From Thalia democratica (lineage: Eukaryota), in assembly GCA_965202585.1 (NCBI GenBank), contig OZ241829.1, positions 58,962,001 through 59,026,000 on the forward strand: a DNA stretch of 64,000 nucleotides. The letters run 5' to 3'. The position numbers and the translations under genes are program-made. Within the stretch, counting starts at the first letter, position 1. Every line of letters starts with the position of its first letter. Below the pieces are notes generated by a model, which saw nothing but the letters and a program-made list of their open reading frames with translations, did no database searches and was not told the DNA's origin. Of the stretch, positions 1 through 12,089 are shown piece by piece.

Positions 1-625
1 TTTTTACTGCTTTTTTTTACCACACCCAAAAAAAGGTTACAGAAACATAATTTTGTTTCAGTAATTACAAGTGAATATACAGTTTAGAATATAGAAAATA
101 CAAACTTCTTTTTTTACAGACAAAAATTTTTGTACTAAGTCATTTTTACCATCAAAATATTGGTTTACAAAAGTTAATGGAGATTTAATTTCATTTATGT
201 TTCATTTCTATGAAAATGTCGTTACAAAAATATTTATTTGTGTTTTTATTGAAACTAAGTTTATAACTATTTAGATTATTGCTGTATTTTGTAACAAAAA
301 AAGTCGCAAAGTATTTTTAGCTTGAAGAAAACTTTATTAGAAACAAATTTAAGATTTAAAATTAAAAAATGTGATTCTAATTCAATGCAAAATAAATATA
401 AGCGTTTGTCTTATTACTTATTAAACTTTATTTTAAGATTTTTATTTTTATTTTAAAAATACGGCGACATGCAAAAATTTTTCTCCAAAATGTTTGGCCC
501 GAAAGACTTTAATAAACCTGGCACGCGACTTATAAAAATATTTAGCCAAAGTTTTAAACTGTTCAAGTCCTTGTTAGTATGTACTTACTTATTAGTGTAA
601 GTTTAAGTTTATATCTACAAGAACC

Positions 626-945
626 GGGTGCACGACTGTTCAAATTCGGACAATTCAAATTCCGACAATTTAAATTTTTATGAAAAAATTGAAAGGGCCA
701 CAACTATTCAAATATAAAAAATACATCTGTAGATCTTATTAGTATCTACGAACCATTTTTTTCTTTTTGCAAATCATTAAATATTTTTTGAGAAATGGCT
801 TGAATAAAGTAAAAAAACATAGTCATTTTTAGCAATTTAAAAAAAGCTTGAGAAATATTTAAGATTTAGCAAAAAAGAAAAAATTTTTATTAAGAATTTG
901 AATTGTCGGAATTTGAGTTGTACGAATTTGAATTGTCATGTAACC
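626..945. mobile_element. 320-bp MITE with GG..CC terminal inverted repeats and 8-bp TSD (Merlin-like, tentative)
   Basis: TIRs GGGTGCACGACTGTTCAAATTCGGACAATTCAAATTCCGACAAT / ATTGTCGGAATTTGAGTTGTACGAATTTGAATTGTCATGTAACC; perfect TSD CAAGAACC at 618-625 and 946-953. Confidence 0.8.
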
Positions 946-1823
946 CAAGAACCTATACTTCTAATTTTTTGTACACTTTTACGTGGAAAAGTTTGTGAAA
1001 TTAACTGTTTCATTGTTCTTTATATGTTATTTTACTTTAGTGGTATTTGAAATTATTTGCACCACTAAATCTTTATTCATACTTTTATTTCTCAAAAGAA
1101 AAGTCATAAACTTCTTGATATATAACAAATATTCTATTCAAATATTTAAAACAAATATTTAAAACAAGTCTGAAACTAAATTATGAGAATACAATATTTA
1201 CATTGAATTATTTCAGCTATGTTTAGTTTCGGAGAACTAACATTTCTTTTATTATCATTTGTTTTTATTTTTAACACAGCTACTGAGTATAATTACGCAC
1301 AATTTGAATAATGTTTCTACTAATTGTTTTATATTTTTACTAAAAGTGCCAAAAATGAGCAATTAAAATTAAATGTCGAAAAATTCTTAACTACCATTCT
1401 TAGTCTTTTTTAATAAAAGTTTTTGATTAGAGGCAATATATAGAAAGTATAGTCTAAATATCTTCTTTGTGTTTTCATAGCTTCTAGTGTTCCTAAATAA
1501 AAACTCGTAAACTTATTTATAGATTTATTTTTAAAAAAATGAAAATACCACCTAAAAAACTTAAAAACTCCACCTACAAAATAAAAAGATCTAGTAGCAC
1601 AAGTTTATTAAAAATCTCTCCCAAATTTTTCAAAACAAGATAGCGATTTTTATACAACTATAGTTTTTAATATAATTTCAACACATTTGTAAATATATCC
1701 TTTAAAAAACGTTTGTTAAAAAAGTTTGTTTTGATACATAATTGTAAATGCTTTTTTTACAAACTCCAAAAATTAACAAATTTTTTTAATTGCCAATAAT
1801 AAAGAAAACATAAACTTTTAAGC

Positions 1824-2045
1824 CAAGGGTCGTCAGCTTTTTATAAATCAACTTTCCTAAAAAAATTGCTCACGGGCCGCGAAATTAATAAACATTAATA
1901 AACCGTGAGCAATTATTTTCTTAAATGAAAAGCTTACATAATTTGTTTTCACAAATTTTTTTTAGTTTTTAAAATTTGACTTTAGCTACAAAGTCAATCG
2001 CGAACAGTAGATTTTTTTTTGCGGGCCGCAGCTTGTCGACCCTTG
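1824..2045. mobile_element. hAT (Charlie-like) MITE
   Basis: TIRs CAAGGGTCGTCAGCT / AGCTTGTCGACCCTTG; internal GCGGGCCGC motifs; degenerate 8-bp TSD TTTTAAGC/ATTCAAGC; related to the 56973-57718 element. Confidence 0.7.
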
Positions 2046-5035
2046 ATTCAAGCTAATGATTTTGTTACACAGAACTCCTTTTTTTGTTTTTGTTTATAAA
2101 CTAAAAAAACTAAAGACTTTTAAGTTAACAAAGTAGTCATATTATAAAAAAAGTTTCAAAAGTACTTTAACACGTGAAAAATAATTTAAAACATACTAAT
2201 ACCAACTATAAGCAAAAGACAATTACTCAAATGATTATGAATACATGTATAAAATTAAAAGACGATTTTTTTTTAGGATTAAAAAGAATGCGCAAATAAA
2301 AATAAACATTTATAATCAAACAATTATATAAATATAAAACAAAATTGTTTAGGTTATTTAGAGCATACTTAAATCAAAAGTTTTTATAATTTTTTCTCAG
2401 CATGAATTTAGAAAATAACTTAAAACCTTTTTAAAGGTTTTTTTTTACATATTTTTGTTTTAAACAAGTATCTAAGTTTTTTATTAATTTTAAAATTACA
2501 ATATTTTCTTTATCAAACATATATAACTATAAAATTATAAAAACTTTGTACTCAATGTGAAAGACTACCATAATACAACTCTTCTCATGTCATATTACTT
2601 TGGCAAGTTTCTTGTGATTTCGGCCGATAAAATATTTTCATCTTCTCCTTAAATTTCTTAAAAAGTTTTATATAACTATAAGAAAAATTTGTACTTCATG
2701 GTCTTATTACGTTTTTATTTAGCTGAGGATAAGAAGTTATTTTAAATCTAGATTGTATAATCTTTGTTTAGTTTGTAAATAGTCAGTTTTGAGTTGAGTT
2801 CTATCCGAATTTCTATCAAAAAAATTACGCATGACAGTAAAAAATGAAAACTTAGGTTATAAGTATAGAATTTCAAAACATACGTATTTGGTAGAGCTAA
2901 ACGGTTATTTTTAAAATAACTGTTTAAGTACAACAAAAGAATATTGCTTATCGGTTAAATTATATTCTTTTTTTAATTAGGTACTTGTATGATTAAAATC
3001 CCTCATATACAAACTTTATTAAGAATATTCAAATTTATTACAAATTTAGAAAAAAAAAACATAAAGCGGAATACTAACCATACTCAAATTAATTAGAAGT
3101 GAAAAGTCTTTATTTTATCAACATATAGCAAAGTTATAAAAGTAATTTAATTTAATTAAAAAACTTATAAATAAGTAAGGTAAATGACTTTATTGCCATT
3201 TTTATTTGATAAACAAGCTAATTTTATACAAGCTGCCTTAAAAAAAATACGTTTCATTGATAGTTTCACACAAACGATTCAAATTTTGAGTTTCTTATAA
3301 TTTTTTTTTTTTCGGTTTAAAAAAAAAATCTAAAAACTACCACATATATCTACACCGTTGTGTAGATAGTAACTATTTTAGTGTATTGAAAAAAAGAACA
3401 TAATTAATTTTTTTATTAAGTCTCTTTTCTATTTTGTACTCCTCCTATTAGACTTATTTTTATCATTTCATGTTAAGTTTTTAGTAATTAAATATGTATA
3501 CTTTATAGCAGGGTTGCTACAACTTTCCATGACTAGGTTTTTAATGTTTTAGCGGTTCTAACTAGTATGATTTTATACATTTAAACTTTTGTGCCCTCAG
3601 CCTTATAAAATTAAGTAAAACATAGATTTTTTACAACCCTTAGGTTTATCAAAAACTGTTTTATAAATATCTTATTTTAAAAATGATTTTATTTTGAGGC
3701 CATACGATCATCGCCACAACCACAAAGATACTCTAAATAAACAATGACATCGCTCTAAACTTTATCTGAGTATAATGCATAGAGAATTTTACTTTTTTCT
3801 ACTTCAGATTAAGTTTAATTAGTTACTAAAACATCTTCTGAAGATTTTTCGAACGCTTACAGAATAGATACTAAAACTTTAAAACTAAACTCAATTATTC
3901 TCATTACTAGCGTAAAAAAGAAATCATTTTATCAAAATATATTTTAAGATACACAAATGTTTTTAGGTTTCGATTTTAGTATTATAAAATATTTTCTTTA
4001 AGCAAAAAAATACGGTTAATTCTCAAAAAACGAAACCAGAATGTTTTGTATTTTTAATATAGCTTTTTGTGTAATCTTTCATTATGTTTTCAATCAAACC
4101 ATAAATAAAACTAGCTTGGTAAAATAAGTTTTGTATATCAAGTTTTTGAAGAATTTACCAACTGTTTTAACCACAATCGATAAACATACATATGTTTTTT
4201 TATTGTAAACATTTTATACTCTATTAATTAAAAGTTTATACTGTAGAGCGATGTTTCTCAAAATGTTCAAAAAAACCACTTACTGAGCAAAAAAGTAAAG
4301 AGGATGACGAAAGTTTTAAAAAACTGTAAGCAGTAAAATATATAGAAGTTTCTGTTAACAGTATTATATTAGTTTCTTATTTTTTATGACAAAACTACTC
4401 TTTTTAATTCAAATTTGGCTTTAATCTAAATCAAATGATTGTAAATTTCATAGTTTCTTTAACTTAGATCGTCAAAAATCTAGTCCCGAGTAACCAAGGT
4501 CAAAAAACTAAAAGTTGTAAAACAGCTTTATAACACAATAATTAAAATAAAGTTAGAGAAAGTGCTATAACAAAAGTTTTATAATACTTTCTGGAAACTA
4601 TAATCAGAAATTTTAAACCAATAAAAATGTTTTTTAGTGTATTTCAAATAACTTAATCATTTCTTATTCAAATACTAAAGTTGTAATAATTAATTTTTCT
4701 TTTTACAACTAGAAAAACTTACAAAAGTTATTATTTTGGATGCAATATTTGTATATAAAAACCAAAAAACTCTAAATAATAAAAGTTTAGATAGATATAT
4801 GTTTTCTATGCTTAAAACTTATGTTTTAATTAAGTATACAAACACTATTAGAACAAGTTATCTAAAAATAACAAAAGAGAAGCACAAAGTGGATAAAAAT
4901 TTTTAAGTTTTGTTAAATATAAAAAGACTTTTTTTTATAAAAGAAAAATAAAAACATCAAAAATAAAAACAAATAAGGATAAATAAGAAAAAAAAAAAGA
5001 TTAAGTACTTCTACAAAGTTTAAAATCTAAATGTA

Positions 5036-5167
5036 GTTGCTGCTGCAATATACGTTTCAAATTCAATACACGTTTCAAATAACTTTGTATACACCACACG
5101 GACCTCAAATGCGGTATATAAAGGTGGTGTAACTACAAAGATGTTATTTACATACTGCAGTAGTTAC
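5036..5167. ncRNA. Candidate structured ncRNA (hairpin), copy 1
   Basis: 126 bp identical between two otherwise diverged copies. Inner stem AAATAAC-TTTGTA-TACACCAC (5077-5097) pairs with GTGGTGTA-(AC)-TACAAA-(GAT)-GTTATTT (5124-5149); outer stem 5036-5047 pairs with 5156-5167 (11/12 pairs including G-U). No known family recognised; strand unresolved. Confidence 0.45.
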
Positions 5168-5405
5168 CAAGGGGCAAAGCATTGAAAGCCAAATTTAAAG
5201 GAAATTCTTATCTTAATATAGTAAAACAATTAAGCTATTCATTTAGCAACCATTTTCTACTTTTTTATACTTTTAGCTATCCCAAAAAAAAAGGTTTAGA
5301 AAAACAACATTGTATTTAAATGTTTACAATTAAAAGGGTAAAATCTAACAATTTTTACGTAAAATATAAGATTTATGCATTTTTTATCATTTCTTTTTAT
5401 AAAAC

Positions 5406-5530
5406 TATTCAGTCCTAGACAATACGTTAAAAGGTATTCGTTGTGTGCGACTCGATAACCGAAAGATTTTTTCGTGCACCAGGTCCTAGGACTGAATATT
5501 TTGAGCACATTTTCTTTTCGTTCAATAAAC
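5406..5530 (+). mobile_element. Short non-autonomous element with subterminal inverted repeats + 3' stem-loop (Helentron/DINE-1-like, tentative), copy A
   Basis: Inverted repeat TATTCAGTCCTAG (5406-5418) / CTAGGACTGAATA (5486-5498), then a TTGAGC..GTTCAA hairpin; homologous to 23014-23136 (-) and 45190-45310 (+). Confidence 0.55.
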
Positions 5531-7192
5531 TATACAAAATTGGTTTGAAAAATTTAATTGAGATTCAATTTGTTGTATATTCCTATTCTACGAAAAGTTG
5601 TAAGGTTATTTTTATGAATTAATTAATAATACTAACCAAGCATTAAAATCATTATTATTGTAATTACATAAGTTCTTAACTATTTCGCAAGAATATATTA
5701 AAATTTATAAAACTTTTTAAAATAAGGGTTTTATCTGAACTCGCTTTAGAATTGTAACACAAAAGTGTTAAACTAGGCTGATTTTTTCAAATCAATTAAA
5801 ACTTATTTAAAGTATTCCTTTTTTCAAAAATTGTTTTACTAACCTAAATATTTGACAACCCTTTCTAGTACAAAACTACTACAAAAATGTAGTAATATAC
5901 TACACAATTAATAAACTTTACTAACCTAAATAGTGAGTAGAAACAAAACAACCTACCGCGCTCAAACATTTAAAAGAGTTGAAAGTGTGTTCTTATCAAT
6001 ACAATAACTAAATCTGAATAAGCCAGTAATCTTTCACGTTTTTAAACATCTAACGTTAAGCGTTATATTTAAATACAAACTGTTTTAATTTAAAAAAAAT
6101 TTTGTTGTTTTTAATTATCGGTAGTGTTAAAGTTAGTTTTAAAATACAAAACAATTTTTGAAATGTACTTTTAAGTTGTTTTTAGTCTTTTAAAAGTTGT
6201 TTAAACTTTATAACTGTGTTTACTACTAATTTATAAGTTTTCTAACCTTTCTTAACTCCATAAAAAATACTTAACTTAGCATATCTAGTTAATTTTAATT
6301 TTAAATTTATTATTTTATTAATATAAAGGTGATATGCTACTAAAAACAGTACTGTTCTTTTTTAAATATCCCATTGGTAGTATTTTATTGCAATAATAGT
6401 TAAAAAGAAAACAGCAAAAACAAATATAGCATTACAGGGAAAGCTTTAAGTATCTCTTTAAAGATTTGATCGATAAACATTATTAGATAAAAATGTTAGC
6501 TGATATATAGTTTTTTAAGTTCAATTTAGTACAGTGATTACTCACTTATCCGGCCATGTTGGGCAAGTTTTTTTTATAATTTTTGTCGGATAACTACAAA
6601 TATTGTGTTTTTATTCTAATAAACTACCTCTTTTTATTATGCAATGCATACAACAAAACAAACACTAAATTTTCTGTTGGTTATCATTATTTTCTACGAA
6701 ACAAACCTTTAAAACTTTAAAAACAAATTCGCTTGAAAGCACATACTTGAGTATATTTCTAGATTGAGAAACGATTTCAAAAATTAAAGTAAATAAGAAT
6801 TGACCTAATGAATACTTTTATTTTATTTCCCAAGACGTGTATGAATTTCAGTTTAAAAAATGTAATTAAAAATTTTTTAGCACTTAAGAGTACATAGTTT
6901 TTTATCGAGTTTTTCATTTAAATTAAATTTATAAATATAAATTATAAATACATCCTGGTGATCTGTTATAATCATATTAATACTTTAAATAAAAATTTTA
7001 CCAATTAAAACATTTATTTTTTGAAACTTTTAAAGACGAATAAATGTACTAATAATTACCATTTTTTGAAAACAATTTTTTTTTACAACTAATATTTTTA
7101 GCCAATATAGTTTATTGCATACTTTATACTTTAAAGGTGGCAATCAAAGTTCTCAACATAAATAAAAGAGAATGATCAATTAAAAATTTTAT

Positions 7193-7325
7193 TAACAATA
7201 CAATGCTTCACTCGTTTGAAAACGAGATGTTCGGTTGTTTAAAACGTTATTTAAATATTCTTTTTGAATAAGATTTTAAACAACTGAAGATCTCGTTTTC
7301 AAACGAGTGAAACATTGTATTGTTA
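7193..7325. repeat. Foldback inverted repeat (52-bp arms, 29-bp spacer), probable MITE
   Basis: 7193-7244 is the reverse complement of 7274-7325 with 3 mismatches; each arm contains the internal palindrome CTCGTTT-GA-AAACGAG. Confidence 0.85.
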
Positions 7326-8711
7326 TTAAATTCAAAATTGAATATAGTTTATTAAACGATAAAAGAAAAAAAAACGCTCAAAAATTTCGGTCTATAGATC
7401 CAATTTATACGGTATAAAAGTTGTAGTTTTGCATGAAAGTTTTTTTGATAACTTTTTACTACTTTATGTGTTAGAAGCAGCGTAGCGTTTTAAGTAGCTA
7501 AAACTTAACTTATTTTCAATTAGCGAAAAAAAATTATTAAGGAAAGTATTTAAATAATGTAAAGTAATTTCAATTACTTTATGCTTTAAGAAACTATTTT
7601 TTACAGAAAAGTTTAAACATAGTTTGTAAACCAGCATTTTTCATGATAGAAACTTACTGGCAAAAGTAAAACACATAACTGAATTTAAAAAAACTAAGTG
7701 CATTTATAAGAGTACTATAGAAATTTGTATACTACGTTTTAAAGCATTTAAAATATAACTATTTTTTCAAAAAACACTAATTTTTCAAAAAGTAATTACA
7801 TAATTAATTATTCAAGATTTTTATTTGCTTAACTAAGTTTCACCATTTAAGGGATCTTCAGTTACAATTTAAATCTGAAAAATAAAAGTTAAACAAAACA
7901 TGCAAGATACTATTAAGCAAAACAAAAAAAGTAAATTAAAAATTGTAAATTATGTTACTTAGAAAATTAATCAAGAATTTGAATAAAATATTAAATAAAC
8001 ACTATGGGTTTAAGCTTTTAAAAAACTAAATGTGAGACTGTAATATTAAAAAAAACATAAGTGGCTCAAAAATTAAAGGAATAAAACAAGCTACTTACAT
8101 ACTATAATGTACAGAGAAACTTTTGAGTCTTTAAGTTGAAACTTACTTATATTGAATGTAAAACTTCTAACTTTAAAATCATTACTAGTTTGAAGGGAAA
8201 AACTAAATAAAACTAAAACTATAACACACAAAGGATTGGAGTCTTTGATTTTTAAAAACTACTTATACTGAATAAGCTTTTAACCGGTAAAAAGGAAACT
8301 TTAAACTTTTAACTTTGTAAAAAACTTTAACTCTAAAATAAATATATAGTTGCATAGAATTAAAAAACAATGTAAATAGTTTAGATACTATAATAAAGAA
8401 AAAAGTTTTGAGCCTTAAACAAGAAAATTGTCTGTACTAGAATTACTAGATAAACTGAAAACTTTAACTTAGGTATTGAACATGAAACTACTAGATTTAA
8501 AAACACAATCAGCTTAAAGTGAATAAATAAATTAAATAACCTACATATTACCATACACAAAAGGATTAAAGTTTAATTTATAACTTGATAGGCTACTAGC
8601 TGACTGAAGTTAAATCGAACAAATTAAAAAGAGCATTGAATTTTGTTAATAATATTGCTTCTAATATCATGACGTAACTAATATATGGTTTGAACTTAGT
8701 TAATGCTAGTA

Positions 8712-9545
8712 CAGTACACTACCGCTTAAGTACGCAAATTGAACCCGACCAAAAAGTGCGTACTTAGCACGGGTAGTGCGTACTTTTTGACGATATAGTA
8801 TAATATGAAATTTAGTTGTTTGTTTTCTTTCTTACAACTAGCCATTAAATAATTAAGCAAAATAAACAAGTCATTTATTTTAAATAACATTTAAAACATA
8901 ATTCTAATTTGCAAATTTTTTTAATAGATTTTAAAATCATTTATTTTTTCAATCAAAAGCTTCTACATAATTAATACATACATTTAATATAGAAAGTCAA
9001 TGTCAGTCAATGGTTTATAAAAAAAAATATTAAGCTACATTTTGTTTTGTTAGAGGGAAAGTACCAAACTACTTTGTGTTTACCAAACATTTTCAAAACA
9101 TCAATGTATGTACATTTAAATTAAATTATGACTTAACTATTTTGTATATGTAGGTTTTTTTAACTTTGTCATCTAGATTTTTTTATTTTATAGCATTACA
9201 GCTCAAGTATCATTTTTCTTTTTACTTTTCTGCAACCACTACATAAGTACTTAGTTTGTTAACATTTAATAACAGGACTGTCACAATCTCAGGCCACTTG
9301 GCCTACTCAGGATTACTCACCCTAGTTTAAAAGTTGTGAAACTATCAGGCTAACTCAGCAGGTTGGCCATTCTACCTGGATATATAAAATAATCTGGAAA
9401 AATATAATGATTGAAAATTTAGGCAAAAAAACTGGAATTTCTTGAAGTTCTAGTATAACATCCTTTACTTTGTCTTTCTGGATAAGTGCGTACTTAAGGC
9501 GTGATGCGTACCAAAAAAAGTGCGTACTTAAGCGGTAGTATACTG
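8712..9545. mobile_element. Non-autonomous Tc1/mariner (pogo/Tigger-like) element, 834 bp
   Basis: TIRs CAGTACACTACCGCTTAAGTACGCA / TGCGTACTTAAGCGGTAGTATACTG (1 mismatch in 25) flanked by TA on both sides; subterminal GTGCGTAC repeats. Confidence 0.85.
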
Positions 9546-9669
9546 TAATTAGTTTTTATAGTTTAAAGCTGGAGTTTTATTAAGTTATTTAAGTAAAAAA
9601 TTTTGTACTTATAAATGAAAATGAATTTAAGTTAATAAAATGACATGCAAAACTAGCTAGCAAGCGCTT

Positions 9670-10750
9670 AAGTCTTAAAGTGAAGTTTTTTTTTAATGTG
9701 GACGATTAGCAAAAAGTTCGTGTCTTTTGTTTAAGTTGTTTATTTTGTTGGCTCTGGCTGTTTCTAGCTTTTCTAGGCTGTAAGTGCTACATATACTGTG
9801 GATTTTTCTTACCTCCCCGATGTGGTGAATTATATTCTATTTAATATTTTACTTAATACTGTTGTTTTTTTAAAAACCAGATGTATTTAGCTAGTTCGGT
9901 GCTGTTTTCTTTGTATGTGTTAAAACTGTGGTTATGGTTGTACCATCTGCCTTTTAATTACCAGTGCTTTTAATGTATTTCTTTGTTTCCTTTTTTGATA
10001 TTACAGTGGCTTTGTAAATAACATTTTTTATAAGGCATTTATTGTTCAAGGGACAGGAGTTTTTAGATTGACAATTACAAGTTGGGGTGTTATTGATTTA
10101 GTTTTTTTCTCTATTGGAAATTTATATAGGGTTTTTTTATTATTTTTTTGTATTATAACTTTGATACTACTAATACATCTGTATGAAATCTTGCAATTAT
10201 TTTGTTTAAAATTTTGTTAAGTACTTCATTGTTTTTAAAACTTTTATCGGTGAGTTTGAAAAATATTTTCCCTAAATTTGTTTTAACTGAGTGGCAGCAG
10301 GGTGGGTTGAAGTAAATGATTTTTTTTGGTCGGTTTCTTTACTTTTTAGTTTAAGGGTTTTTATTATCTGAGTATTTTACCATATGTTTAAAATTTGAAT
10401 CATTTAGAGCATTTTAGTATGTGGGTGCAGAGTTTTAAATATTTTTTCACTTTTGGAGAGTCTGTTAATCCTTGTTTCAATCATTTCTGGAAGATTTTTA
10501 TTTAGTTATTGGGTGGTTTAATTTTTTTTTGATATATTTAACATCTGAGTTTACCTTACGGTATGGTTTGTATTCATCGTCATTTAGGTTTAGAGTTCTG
10601 TCTAGAAAGTTGCATGTGGTTGTGCCAATATCAATAGTTATTTTGAATCTGATTTCGTTAAATAGTTTGACTGTCTTCTTTATAGTATTTTCTAAAGTTT
10701 GTTTATTTTTTTGCTCGATGATAGGCCGTCGTCTCTATACAAACCGATTT
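9670..10750 (-). mobile_element. 5'-truncated, degenerate Penelope-like retroelement (RT C-terminus + GIY-YIG endonuclease remnant)
   Basis: Minus-strand translation: IGLYRDDGL (RT YxDD), KLFNEIRFKITIDIGTTTCNFLDRTLNLNDDEYKPYRKVNSD, then RWYNHNHSFNTYKENSTELAKYIWFLKK and EKLETARANKINNLNKRHEL. Contains stops and frameshifts. Confidence 0.8.
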
Positions 10751-12089
10751 CATTAATTTTATAGAGGAATTTAAGGTGGTTAAGAGCGTAAAGGCCTATA
10801 TGGTCACAGATCTTTTAAACAAGTTGGCTTATTTAAGTTAAAAAATTAGACTGTGTTTAAAAAAAAATTTAAAGCTACTTCGATTAAATATTAGCAAAGC
10901 AAAAATTTATATTTTTAAAAGTTGAACATTTGTTTTTGTTGTAATGCAATTTAAAGAGTTTTACTGAGAAAAAAAAAATTGCTTATGTATATCTAACGTG
11001 TGCTGTGTTACTGTTAATAAATTAAAAAAACTATTTAAAATGATAAATTCTTACGGTAATTTTTATATATAGTTGACTAAATTTGTTTATTTTTTTATGT
11101 ATAACGTATAACGATAGGTGGTGTAAACACGTAACAAATAAAGTTAGTTTGTACCCATAACTGTTTTAAAATAAACTTAGTAAAAGTTTTCTGTTTACAA
11201 TCTGTTTGAAAACTTATAATTTGAAAAATGTTACGAAACAGCGTTGTTTTTAAAATAAGAAACACTGCACTTTTGATTAAAAATTTTCTTTATATTTTCA
11301 TTTCAAATATTAAGGACAACTACAGACTGTAGTATGGTATATATGAAAAATACCTGAACTTGCCAGATATTTTATTCAAACGATTATCATTTATGCACGC
11401 ATTAGTTGACGTTACATTATGTAATAGATTAATGACCATTACGTAATTTAAGACAGTGTAACAGAAAATTTCTCAATTTATACACTAATTAGTTTGTATT
11501 TAGTTATTAGAAAAAAACCTTTTGATAAAAAGTTTAGAAAACCCTGGTCTATACAAATAATTATATTTCATAAAATATATTTAGTTTAATTACAAATAGT
11601 AAAATGAATGTTTTGCAGTTCTTTCATAAAATCACGAATTTATACAAAAAGTGAGAAGTCTTAAATTTTAAAGTTTTAAGCTTTGAAACATTATTGAAGA
11701 AACACTAACTGAGAGGCGAAGTATTACTTTACATTGCTTTAAAACCTTCTACACATGATAAAAACACCGAGACAAAATAGTCAATTGTCTTGTTGAGGTA
11801 CGGATAGGAAACTTTTTTTTGTCAGCAGGCCAGATTTACAATGAAATGTATTTCGTGAGCAAAACTTTAAAAAAATATTACTAAATAAAAAGTGTATTTC
11901 AAATAACTTTAACAATTTTTATTTAAGTACTAATTTTTTTTATTAAACTAAAACTTTTATTTAAGCGGGAAAGCTAAACTTCGTGATTTTCATTACTAAT
12001 AGAATAAAAAATCATACTATGAAAACTAATTTTAAGACATTTTTAGTTTTCTATTTTATTTTTTAGATAAAATATTTAAAAAATAGTAG

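Larger units (their letters stand above)
3990..5600. repeat. Copy 1 of a diverged ~1.5-kb direct duplication (copy 2 at ~12090-13630)
   Basis: Colinear blocks visible by eye, e.g. AGAGCGATGTTTCT..GAGGATGACGAAAG, CGAGT(A/T)ACCAAGGTCAAAAA, GGATGCAA, and the identical core 5044-5169 = 13212-13337. Confidence 0.9.

Noticed and set aside
2748-2936. Short AT-rich ORFs in the track (2748, 5296, 12715, 35970, 37126, 43643, 47812, 53841, 61683, 63449)
   Set aside because: Most have non-ATG starts; they are rich in F/L/I/K/N as expected from AT-rich DNA, with no motifs and no supporting exon chain.
3509-3641. Possible short copy of the CAGGGTTGC hAT MITE
   Set aside because: The left TIR CAGGGTTGCTAC is clear, but the right end (TTACAACCCTT) is degenerate and there is no TSD; too weak to call.
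5088-5109. Minus-strand TGAGGTCCGTGTGGTGTATACA resembling let-7 (TGAGGTAGTAGGTTGTATAGTT)
   Set aside because: The seed differs after TGAGGT, the middle is dissimilar, and it would start in the loop of the 3' arm, whereas let-7 is a 5' arm product.
6531-6565. TACAGTGATTACTCACTTATCCGGCC, resembling a Tigger/pogo TIR
   Set aside because: Only one end is visible and no matching inverted partner was found.
10472-10756. 94-aa hydrophobic plus-strand ORF
   Set aside because: Antisense of the Penelope-like RT remnant.
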